In this document: positions 44,901 through 50,837 of the stretch, piece by piece | Numbering within the stretch: the stretch's first letter is position 1 | Layout of the letters: every line of letters starts with the position of its first letter | Translations under genes and position numbers: made by a program | DNA from: an uncultured virus (IMG/VR IMGVR_UViG_3300025896_000027) | Lineage: Duplodnaviria > Heunggongvirae > Uroviricota > Caudoviricetes > Schitoviridae | Strand: one strand, 5' to 3' | Virus record (IMG/VR): IMGVR_UViG_3300025896_000027 | DNA: 64,000 bases | The notes under the pieces: model-generated | What the model was told of the DNA's origin: nothing | The model's input: the letters and a program-made list of their open reading frames with translations, nothing else | The model's database searches: none

Positions 44901-47097
44901 CTTCAATACGAAGCACCAGAACTACTTCAAGTATCAAGCTAAGGCACTGGCCTATTACAAGGCAGTAGGCAAGAGCACCAGTGAGATCCTGATGCTCAAT
45001 GCTCATGCAATCGTCAACATGTACGGTACTGTTGGCCAGACCCAGATTACACAAGCCGAAGCCAAACAGGCTGAAGGTATTGTTGATGTCCTGGTTTCGT
45101 TGTATGCCTTGGAGTACTCGGACAGCGTTCATCTGTCACAAGCAGCTCAAGTGCTTCGTGCCGAGAATGCTCGGGGTACAGAGAACGGGGTGGAGTTCCT
45201 GCTCAAGCTCCATAAGAAGCTTGAAGCTGAATCTGAAGCAAGGTTGTTCCGAGGTAACCGTACCTTGATGGTCAAGGGTTACACCCCTGAGATCTTCAAT
45301 CCTTATGTGGACTTGAAGATTGTTGAAGAGGGTTCGGAGGAAAGTAAGGATTTGATTGATCAAGGATACGCCTTGGGTGACGCCGTGCCTAGGGATCCTT
45401 CGGATCCCGGCACTGCACCCCGGCGTATCCATGTCTTGAGGGGGAAAGGTTTGCAGCCTCATGTGACGGGCGTTATTTCTTACAGTGGCAATAAGGCTAA
45501 GGGCTCCCCTCAGCACAATGGCTACTTGAATGTGAATACCCAGTCTGGTGCCATGAATGCTTCGATGAATGCAGAGTTCATGAACAACAAGGCTTTGGGT
45601 ATCTCCCAGATGTTCGCCAATAACCCTGGCTTCGATCCTCGCAAAACCTCTGCGAACTTCGCAGTCCCATTGCTCAATGAACGGGGTGAGGTAGTCAACT
45701 GGCGGTACATGATGACCGAGAGCAGCAAGGATGTTCTGCTGGAGCGCACCAATGACTTTGACAAGATCATTGGTACTTTGGCAGGGTCTATCTACGACAA
45801 GCAAACCACGGAAGAACACAACGAAAAAGCGATTGCTGCTCTTCGTGAAGACTACCTGGCTGGCTATGCCAAGAACCAGAAAGCCTACGTCTTGGTTGGT
45901 CCTAAGAGTACGGATCCTGAGATGCGTGAGATCTGGGCTTTGTTGCCTGACGCTACCAAGGCCGATGCTCGCAAGATCTGGGGCTATGACGGCATGATGG
46001 TTCGGTTGGATTCTTTGGATGTGATGTTTGGCTACCGTAAGCTGTCCATCGCTTCGTTCTTGAACAATGATGCTGAGACCCTTGAGGGTGTGCAGAAGAT
46101 CATGCGTGAATGGTTCGGGGTGTATGCACGGTCTCGTGGAATGAATGACCGGGAAGCAGACAACTATGCCAAGAAACTTGGTTTGATGGTCACCAAGGGT
46201 GAGCGTGTTTGGCAAGAGATTGTCCGTGAAACCAAGGACTTGATCGTGGTGAAGACGGGTACTGTGATGCTGGGTAACATCTGGTCGAACATGTCTTATC
46301 TGGTGCTGAGCGGTGTGTCGATGAAAGACATCGTGCATCACCACATCGTTGCCCTCAAGGGAGCTACTGCTTACAGGAAGGATAGTGATGAGCTGTTCCG
46401 TCTGAAGACTCTTCGTGATACCGGGTACACCCAAGGCAACGATGCAGAGATCGCCAAGAACATTGCTCGACTGGAAGATGCTTTGGCTCGTAATCCAGTG
46501 GTGGAACTCATTGACGCTGGCTTGATGCCTACGATCACTGAGGACATTGCTCAGGATGAGGATGCCTACTCTTACAAGACTGGCTTGGTGAAGAAGATGG
46601 ATGGGATCACCAAGAAGCTGAATCCGGCGATTGTGAGTGGTGCCCGTACCGTGTATATGGCCCATGACACTAGGCTGTACCAAGGCTTGAGCCGAGTGAC
46701 TCAATTGTCGGACTTCGTGGCACGGTACACCTTGTACCAGCACATGACGACGAGGAAGACAGGGCCGTTGACGAAGGAAGCGGCAGTCATTCAAGCATCG
46801 GAAGCGTTCATTAACTATGACGTACCAATGCATCGTGGGATGCAGTATATGGATGACATGGGCATCACGCCATTCATGAAGTACTACCTGCGTATTCAGA
46901 AGGTTCTGTTGAAGATGGGTCGTGAGAATCCTGCACGGGTTATGGCTACTTTGCTTTTAGGGAATCTTTGGGATCTAGGCCCCATCGTTCTGGAGGGTTC
47001 TGCATTTACAAGGATCGGGAACAATCCTTTGGAGGCAGGTGCCTTTAACTTCCCTGGAGCCTTGACTGACCTGGCCACACTAAGCGTGTTCAAGTAA
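35923..47097 (+). CDS. virion-encapsidated RNA polymerase (N4 gp50-like), 3724 aa
   Basis: Size and position; NPQASKIVR, motif A EVDGVANG, motif B RNLVKDGMNPLAFG, motif C NIHDAV; C-terminal QLSDFVARY, FINYD. Confidence 0.95.
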   Translation: MADFDLDSYFAKRIGSVQPEPVNSLIPNPVNEIPQVDKIAELMRASAQKLDGLEKYKARVAAQEKANEASLVGQLGLDPEGTVGTGVNLVARGLAGASKNVIGQLLAVPSSVKASIHELGLDEEDRQAYVRHTQGVATPEDMARLSFKGQARDASTKLEMFQKADQSTEIAKDIRDTFNIDYLTHKANTDQLNADLGEGFQGNWDQVKEGWSTLTEGKGTSKGLSELASGLGGLIYKAGEAGATNPLAVTEYIAENLPQMFMGGAGKMGAALLMETNAGYAYENYEKGIAQYREKNNGAFPPEAERQKMAAYAASLALAEQLGDITAIKGMFPAKAVKGVAEAADAVTTGFKKGLLNTLNAGAKSLAVESGTEGWQTFAEGEATLKPATPEEIYTGASIGGLTGGSMSGGARGVAELLKATPEHAKLKNLDADKAKALDEAIASGDVTGYTNTKSKDYAPERAVAALFGNSQLDTTTPEAKQENLAKASKIIADLEERKTGMQTSLDELSPTAVEGYKAQLEVIKEKQKQVDPANTQEVAELSSTASFYEGLIKDAGSKLPKQLEASMSKLDTQLEESRTSLEQLKLLLQPKDVEVEALVQEIQEAPSKDALAAGSAPRAEAAVGVINLSMQTPDRLDPTTATELADNQENALTAPQRAYLRAFSAARIAENILKDMGQVSQEIFSGSPTGKKGTKYVGIAQYRARMAEAMSTLNREAADRFLGGLTKFMSDHQAKLSAAEQALAKGLGNQIVKANGEWIVSPERLSDAKIKEGGGLTVNSPGLVANIRAETDALVKAQAEMAAAYDLTFKKEPEKSVVQSAPAEKKAEPVKNTSSEKILEVKPRLQEEPVDSPLEAPPSKVEEEKTVKVTENLAIEKALSQVNRAYRRITRENPRSLWSALKHSLTTSDLNEIYGSDWRKRYTLLKGNPGRSLVDVVANGSLDEFLPHAMRVGINQDNEQDATEFIREKLRSGNYLTEETNNLLAQVSLTIQELEQALSIEDIQDAITTIEAEITAQEANSSKEVTTTPIEKSTQSAEESSGNQTQEVEAEAEESVEATTPVVESGSLSALQNKSPEGTAYHLANLLGTYFKQALNRDGNTSVRPLVAAKDFISSLVNKTTTVGEFLADKTLNDQQKSAVRSFVKHAREWQARIKANLPALAPQEYRHQDMMQFLLEEQSDGSVDVAENVKTAMAYAAYSWAAEQASAPRRLTDKAINAVLGRQKGTRISAMAYKLLGTAGTYQHNVVDSLGGKVLDALGLEANKDTPQNVIAQLRAALGGHTLKLLEDEGLATRTTISGWDIQALREEGLSENQVERLRAQSQGVNHHLAHTFFAVARDGKGKLMEKVTAISEANKGTKAVLSKLFQVESGHKVPSLEPVTQVQNTTSGTNQGLPTELKKILLANQARPRVLRKDKLALFDGFNDADRNAMLGVVEIDDATTHIVNRSGTQAKNEGLIREYDLFIEFVGEYLATSDKGLDTQFFLEFSAWKQQRVGIATNVANPQASKIVRFLIGSPDWTTKIESTNEELMNSFWLRVAEGLSIKTERADNAVSIEEVQAQLEASVYADAIQALRKKVVRNEALTTEEQSSIVAAVVKGGANLHTLDALIGVARQQEAKAGNEGNYTFTVEMMGEVDGVANGTMLNHVLMGAGPSVADLNTMLNQGGFYQEGSDHTQYNQWRGAEGNLDIYESTGRKVFNAVKQFVAESTSDVGQKVNSIWAIAGNIYDESTDSVTKDGRNLVKDGMNPLAFGSSLSSVINGMSEGFLSSVYGGFEKLAKNPATTQVQVDAYVTHINTLVKGTGELLPVGRSLAWYMGNSMKPSTEIALKTAFASTVGSVTSNVLGEEFSLFIARRNALNKTAQATFGLYDAVYQGMRESLIEELMAEGKLPVNAKGKRIGDLSKAQEAELEKRLQGLAPNIRTAMSMKDRGTRTGLRMAKTKRKQNQDPIYTNVTKYGTPLSTGDKSAKLKGQSTQMESPGVAMGSATTHSLDSAVSHRTQAALDVLNIHDAVGSGVAGLKEAARLMNKNTWEVLRDYSPLGEVYTSLASVVQGVAQMMENGELSVQATQRVQAFLNKQREASEASSNKEALTILLENAKYIAYQADSMKLGTMATWISVDQYAYQGGNYEVTAADREAVVKKMEALSQDVSAEVLDAIKTMAILVKKSPESGVVVTPEVSSDMTESVDTVEDENTPDNSDTLDPELKDMDVLGFPAVQAMQLLEHASQDTTLSEDLRTQVDEVLIQMMTASQSLKEAVLKVLKPADAAAMVQLLSKRFSALPANQWGEQGQSAIQSDTALVEFFESNAYVTADRVIQMLYQTISKGANNNIKEFNLKLLKVLFKTVNPKMVIRYVTPATEPSMVLEGADKSRGWYVSKGGKSEIYVLSPIYKHSGLTVETLIHELVHAAISQSIEAATGEAKELVDELGTLLERARVHVNQAGLKGYGAALANVQELVAWGMSNLDFQKNVLNQITVETKTGSNTLVSGMKKFIDTMVGLLFRGSKKSEQQVASNGMSVLIANVSGLFAEAAKSNTAVDMVLNQESRSPLDDVINYSTTDIYTALRQASGTPLDSSFDEHLRGVLGNIVAKLHGPFDDFKKQVMKTQALGPMDIWLKALDTGVAPFASQALASGFKIPAQVAFVMEQVEVTIKAALENNEAYTKTAYKELSDLYTEVSARLQPKDFHDGPWATATANEQAIATELYNFIFKVEQTNGKKSDYLARFAALGLTHPHLNKLLQVPTAVKVAGPAKTFAERLQSLFEKVLGFFSNKIAHTYEGQPADEKLLSMVGQLVDIEAKHRQQIASRAAESNYVAPVEEAVKAAAEAVRSKVGQLASNPFLRNHKSGYVRGASAVVSTLANDRVEAFMEGLAQFRNENFKGKLGIAAGLLNDMKGPVQDFLKLLLESKSNERTRKSIITNAAKGALAAFVEGGKALTPKAKASLSAVFLRTGAHALVDHFTMADLEQLVSDKARRTKEIQDWEAKLAGFNTKHQNYFKYQAKALAYYKAVGKSTSEILMLNAHAIVNMYGTVGQTQITQAEAKQAEGIVDVLVSLYALEYSDSVHLSQAAQVLRAENARGTENGVEFLLKLHKKLEAESEARLFRGNRTLMVKGYTPEIFNPYVDLKIVEEGSEESKDLIDQGYALGDAVPRDPSDPGTAPRRIHVLRGKGLQPHVTGVISYSGNKAKGSPQHNGYLNVNTQSGAMNASMNAEFMNNKALGISQMFANNPGFDPRKTSANFAVPLLNERGEVVNWRYMMTESSKDVLLERTNDFDKIIGTLAGSIYDKQTTEEHNEKAIAALREDYLAGYAKNQKAYVLVGPKSTDPEMREIWALLPDATKADARKIWGYDGMMVRLDSLDVMFGYRKLSIASFLNNDAETLEGVQKIMREWFGVYARSRGMNDREADNYAKKLGLMVTKGERVWQEIVRETKDLIVVKTGTVMLGNIWSNMSYLVLSGVSMKDIVHHHIVALKGATAYRKDSDELFRLKTLRDTGYTQGNDAEIAKNIARLEDALARNPVVELIDAGLMPTITEDIAQDEDAYSYKTGLVKKMDGITKKLNPAIVSGARTVYMAHDTRLYQGLSRVTQLSDFVARYTLYQHMTTRKTGPLTKEAAVIQASEAFINYDVPMHRGMQYMDDMGITPFMKYYLRIQKVLLKMGRENPARVMATLLLGNLWDLGPIVLEGSAFTRIGNNPLEAGAFNFPGALTDLATLSVFK

Positions 47098-47133
47098 AAA
47101 GAAACCTCCTCGCATAACTGCTTGGGGGTTTCT
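47096..47133. terminator. terminator between vRNAP and the convergent middle operon
   Basis: AAAAAGAAACCTCC...GGGGGTTTCTT. Confidence 0.75.
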
Positions 47134-47162
47134 TCAGACTGAGACTCCGTGGTGAATTCGAT

Positions 47163-47336
47163 CTACCGTTCGAAGATCTCTTTGAGGGCTATAGCCAGTA
47201 AGCCCACACATACGATTAGGGCTACACAGGCTCCGACCACAAAAAGAACGGTGGCGATGAATACACCCCCACCTACCACCACAGAGAGTACGACGATGGC
47301 TAGTAGTACATAGCCGATCAGTTTGAGTACTCCCAT
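47163..47336 (-). CDS. 57-aa highly hydrophobic membrane protein
   Basis: Not in the ORF track: MGVLKLIGYVLLAIVVLSVVVGGGVFIATVLFVVGACVALIVCVGLLAIALKEIFER. Confidence 0.7.
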   Translation of the reverse strand: MGVLKLIGYVLLAIVVLSVVVGGGVFIATVLFVVGACVALIVCVGLLAIALKEIFER

Positions 47337-47347
47337 GGCGGTACTGT

Positions 47348-47674
47348 TCAGGCGAACAGGCTCTTGCCAGCAGCGGGTGCAGTTTCTTCAACCACAGGGT
47401 CAGTGGTTGCCGAGTCAGGCAGAGGTTCTGCTTGAGCATCAGCGATTGCAGAAGTGGCCTGGCTCACAGCCGTGCTTGTCGAGGCAGTAGCAGCCTGTTC
47501 TTGCAGGCCAGGCTTCACCTCGTCTTCGATGGACACGTCAGCGATCAGGCCACCAGCCTTACGGCCAGCAGTGAAATCGATGGTGACCAGCTTGTTGTTC
47601 AAGTTGAAACCTTGAGCAATGATGTGACGCTTCAGAGCGGCCTCAATGTCCACTTGTTTGAGTTTGATATCCAT
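47348..47674 (-). CDS. N4-like hypothetical protein with acidic tail ending KSLFA
   Basis: MDIKLKQVDIEAAL...IDFTAGRK; AAGGA RBS. Confidence 0.8.
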   Translation of the reverse strand: MDIKLKQVDIEAALKRHIIAQGFNLNNKLVTIDFTAGRKAGGLIADVSIEDEVKPGLQEQAATASTSTAVSQATSAIADAQAEPLPDSATTDPVVEETAPAAGKSLFA

Positions 47675-47682
47675 GATGGTCC

Positions 47683-48276
47683 TTAAAGATTTGCTGTCAG
47701 AAAAGGCAGCGTTTGTTGAAAAGCAGTACAGGCTAAGCCTGCGTAGATGGCAGCGACGGCATCAGCCATGTGTTCAGCGTCAGCCTCACACACGAGCATT
47801 TGGCCCTTTCGCTTATACATAGGCCAATTGGCTTCGGGATGCTTAGCCATGGCCCAATCGATCATCTGTTTCTTCGTGGCAGTTTTTGTGCCATGTCCGG
47901 CCAGCTTGATCTCAGTTGGAGTCAGTTCGAAGAAGGGAATACCTTCTGCTCGTATGGCTCCTAGAACGCCTGTGCAAACTCCATAGCCGCACATGGCACG
48001 AGCTGATTGGCTCCCGACAGGTACTTCGACGAAGGTTGCATGGGCATCCTTTGTTGCGTCCTTGGCACCTCGATAGAGCTGGGCACCAGACTCGATCTCC
48101 TTGCTGTTCTGACGTACCTGCTTGCCATCAGGCAAGACAGGATTGAGCAGAGCCAGCTTGGAGATCGTGAGCTTCTTGGCTTCCAGATCGTAGATGCCAT
48201 AGGCCAATCCCCAGTTCCGAAGACTGGGATCCTGCCCCACCACTCGGATGAGCTTAGTTGGGAGGGAGTTCGTCAT
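47683..48276 (-). CDS. RuvC-like Holliday junction resolvase
   Basis: VVGQDPSLRNWG, FVEVPVGSQSAR, TPTEIK, EHMADA. Confidence 0.85.
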   Translation of the reverse strand: MTNSLPTKLIRVVGQDPSLRNWGLAYGIYDLEAKKLTISKLALLNPVLPDGKQVRQNSKEIESGAQLYRGAKDATKDAHATFVEVPVGSQSARAMCGYGVCTGVLGAIRAEGIPFFELTPTEIKLAGHGTKTATKKQMIDWAMAKHPEANWPMYKRKGQMLVCEADAEHMADAVAAIYAGLACTAFQQTLPFLTANL

Positions 48277-48616
48277 TGGCAGCAGTACCTTCCTGAGCCG
48301 GTGAATCCGACTCATCTTCGGTCGTGGTCACGAAGGGTACGTTAGCCACTTCACTTGCTGCCATGCTCATGCCCATCAGGAAGCCTCGGCGGAGGTCACC
48401 CGTGAGCTTCTCAGAGGCACCATCACCAACGGTGAACTCGATGCCATCAGGAACGTTCTGGAAGTGATCCAGACGCTGCATGGTCTTGCGATGCCATGCA
48501 TGGAACAGACCAGCGAACTGATGAACAGTCGTGATCTGGAATGAGTCGTCAGGAGCCTGGGTTGGGGCTTCAGCTTGAGGCTCTTGGCTTTGGTCTTGGT
48601 TTTGATCGTCGCTCAT
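48254..48616 (-). CDS. hypothetical protein
   Basis: 120-aa ORF, ATGA overlap with the upstream gene. Confidence 0.7.
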   Translation of the reverse strand: MSDDQNQDQSQEPQAEAPTQAPDDSFQITTVHQFAGLFHAWHRKTMQRLDHFQNVPDGIEFTVGDGASEKLTGDLRRGFLMGMSMAASEVANVPFVTTTEDESDSPAQEGTAANDELPPN

Positions 48617-49161
48617 TGCTGGGCTCCTTCGAATCGTTGAATACGCTTGTGCAAGACTTCAGCGTAGTCAGTCATGACTGCACGTTGTTCCAGCAACAAG
48701 CCTTGGTCTTCATGGGCCAGCAGTGTGAATGTCAGGATCTTGGTGAAGGTAGTCAGCTTGTTCAGACGTTCCACCAGTTCAGCATGCTCTGCCTTGACAC
48801 GCTCGAAAAGTGTCGAGGCGGGAGGGTTCAACTGCTTGAACAGTGCGTAGCCTTCCAGCTCCCACAGCTTATCCTTAGCCTTGGCTTCAGCACTGGCCTT
48901 GGCGATGTTCATGCCAATCTCAGCATTGAAGTTGGCCGGATCCACACAAGCACTGTGACCAGTAGCGAGGTGGAACTTATTGTCCAAGAAGGCATGGACA
49001 AACGTAGTGGTTGTGCCTGCTGGCACGTCCACCTTGAACACGACACGGTTCAGCAGATTCAAGATCTGTTCAGGCAAGACGCGAGGACCAGTCAAACCCT
49101 TGGCTTGGATCTGGTGCTCGATACTGGTGTCGTCGTTCTGAGGCGATGGGACGTTGTGCAT
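48613..49161 (-). CDS. Gp49-family protein fused to a C-terminal coiled-coil (crAss001_48-like)
   Basis: IQAKGLT.PRV, GHSACVDPANFNAEIG..IA...A...LWELEGY; C-terminal ERVKAEHAEL...LL.EQ..VM.DY..VL.KRI. Confidence 0.75.
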   Translation of the reverse strand: MHNVPSPQNDDTSIEHQIQAKGLTGPRVLPEQILNLLNRVVFKVDVPAGTTTTFVHAFLDNKFHLATGHSACVDPANFNAEIGMNIAKASAEAKAKDKLWELEGYALFKQLNPPASTLFERVKAEHAELVERLNKLTTFTKILTFTLLAHEDQGLLLEQRAVMTDYAEVLHKRIQRFEGAQQ

Positions 49162-49184
49162 CGATTGCTTTCAGAGTGAAACAG

Positions 49185-49208
49185 AAAATGCCCCATTGCT
49201 GGGGCATC
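49185..49208 (-). terminator. terminator after ssb
   Basis: Minus strand ATGCCCCA-GCAA-TGGGGCAT-TTT. Confidence 0.75.
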
Positions 49209-49225
49209 GTGAACTAACAACCTGA

Positions 49226-49954
49226 TCAAGCGAACAGGCTTTGCTTGGGCTTGGCCGTACCTGCGGCTGCACCAGCCTTGGGAGCACCAGCGGTACCACC
49301 TGCACCAGCACCCTTGGCCTTGTTCTTCACTTGACCAGCCCACTTGGTTTCCCATTGGTCAGCGAAGGTGGCTTCGGTAGCCTGAGCACGGATCTCAGCA
49401 GTGGTCATGCGATCACGGGCACGGAAGAACTTGTCGATATCGTTTTCCTCACGGGTTTCGCCCGTGGGTTCGTAGATGCCAGAGGTTTCGTTCTTCTTGG
49501 TCTTGTCGGAGATCTGCTTGATCAGGCCGATCAGGATCTGCTGACCCATGATGTCCGTCAGAGCTTCAACCTTGGTAGGCACGTCAGCCTTGGCTTCCTT
49601 GCTGTAGACATTGACCACCTTGGTTTCGGTAGCCAGTTCAGACAGTTCCTTGCCCGCCGTCAGCAGAGCCAAGCTGTTGGCATGCATGAAGCCTGGGAGG
49701 TAGTTCTTGGTACCGTCCTTCTCGTAGAAGTTTTCGCCCTTCTTGTTGGTCATCCACAAGGTTTGACGGATCTCCTTGCCTTCTTCAGTCTTGGCTTGGA
49801 GTACCAGACCCAAGGCACCACCTTCGGACTTGGTACCGTAGGCCAAGGTGACAGTTGCCAAGTACAGGCCGGAATCGAGAACGAAGCCGCCACCAACGCT
49901 GTCTTTTTCGTCAGCAATGTTGGTATCGGTCTTGAGGGTTGAGAACATCGACAT
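49226..49954 (-). CDS. ssb: single-stranded DNA-binding protein (N4 gp45-like)
   Basis: EKDSVGGG..LDSGLY, YLPGF, Y.PTGETREEN.IDKFF, C-terminal SLFA. Confidence 0.88.
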   Translation of the reverse strand: MSMFSTLKTDTNIADEKDSVGGGFVLDSGLYLATVTLAYGTKSEGGALGLVLQAKTEEGKEIRQTLWMTNKKGENFYEKDGTKNYLPGFMHANSLALLTAGKELSELATETKVVNVYSKEAKADVPTKVEALTDIMGQQILIGLIKQISDKTKKNETSGIYEPTGETREENDIDKFFRARDRMTTAEIRAQATEATFADQWETKWAGQVKNKAKGAGAGGTAGAPKAGAAAGTAKPKQSLFA

Positions 49955-50017
49955 GGTGTATTCCTTTAGGAAATGAAAGTTGAGATTTTGGGGAAAGAAG
50001 TGTACGACGCTTGTGGG

Positions 50018-50746
50018 TTATGCGTAGTACTCGTCAAGTCGGTCCAGGACCAACTGAATGTTGTTGTCGATGAAAGTTTCCTTCGTATCGAACAACCCCA
50101 TAGGTCCACGCAAGCGTTCGCCCACAGTGTCCTTGGTGATCTTGGTTTGGTAGACGTATTTGAAGCCGAGTGCTTCCTCTTCAGGGGTGATGGTGAGAAG
50201 GGGTGAGCCGTACTCCTTGAGCTGTTTCAAAGCCACCTTCTTCGATGCGATGACAAGGCTGAAATAGGACTCCAGACCGTTGTTCTTCAAGCTGCCCTTC
50301 ACAGGCACCTTGGTTTCCATCAACATCTCCGACTCGTTCAAGCTGTCTGAAGTGTGAGCCGTGAAGATGATCTTCTTGGTTGAACCTGCCACCTTCTGCT
50401 GCATCAAGGTCTTGAAGTACTGAGCGAACTGGCCCCATGCCTGCATGCCGTTGGCAGCAGGAAGGACATAGATCGACTCGTACATATCGAGCAGGTAGGT
50501 CAAGCTGTCCACGATGATGGTGTGGATGTGTGCTTGAGTCTCAGCCCAATCGAAAGCCTCGATGATTTGAAGCGGATCGGTGACCGTCTTCTCAACGAAC
50601 TTGGACTTGAAAGGCAGACGTTTGCCAGCCTCACAGTTCAAGTACAGAACACCTTCTGGATTCTTCAGCCCCATGAGAGAGGCTGACTTGCCGGTAGCTG
50701 ACTTGCCACACAACAAGACCAGATGGTCATTGACTTGGTTTGACAT
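50018..50746 (-). CDS. AAA-24/Sak4-like ATPase (N4 gp44-like)
   Basis: Walker A GKSATGKS, YLNCEAGKRLPF, IIVDSLT. Confidence 0.85.
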   Translation of the reverse strand: MSNQVNDHLVLLCGKSATGKSASLMGLKNPEGVLYLNCEAGKRLPFKSKFVEKTVTDPLQIIEAFDWAETQAHIHTIIVDSLTYLLDMYESIYVLPAANGMQAWGQFAQYFKTLMQQKVAGSTKKIIFTAHTSDSLNESEMLMETKVPVKGSLKNNGLESYFSLVIASKKVALKQLKEYGSPLLTITPEEEALGFKYVYQTKITKDTVGERLRGPMGLFDTKETFIDNNIQLVLDRLDEYYA

Positions 50747-50837
50747 TGGATCTCCTATGGAAGAGCAAGCATTCGGGATTACCAAACGCCTGCTTGTTTT
50801 TCATGAAAGTGCTCGGAGAGCACATGAGGACTACTGC

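Noticed and set aside
45136..46833. 565-aa minus-strand ORF (also 25900-27075, 30198-31145, 55598-56494 and similar)
   Set aside because: Antisense shadows of well-supported genes, caused by codon bias
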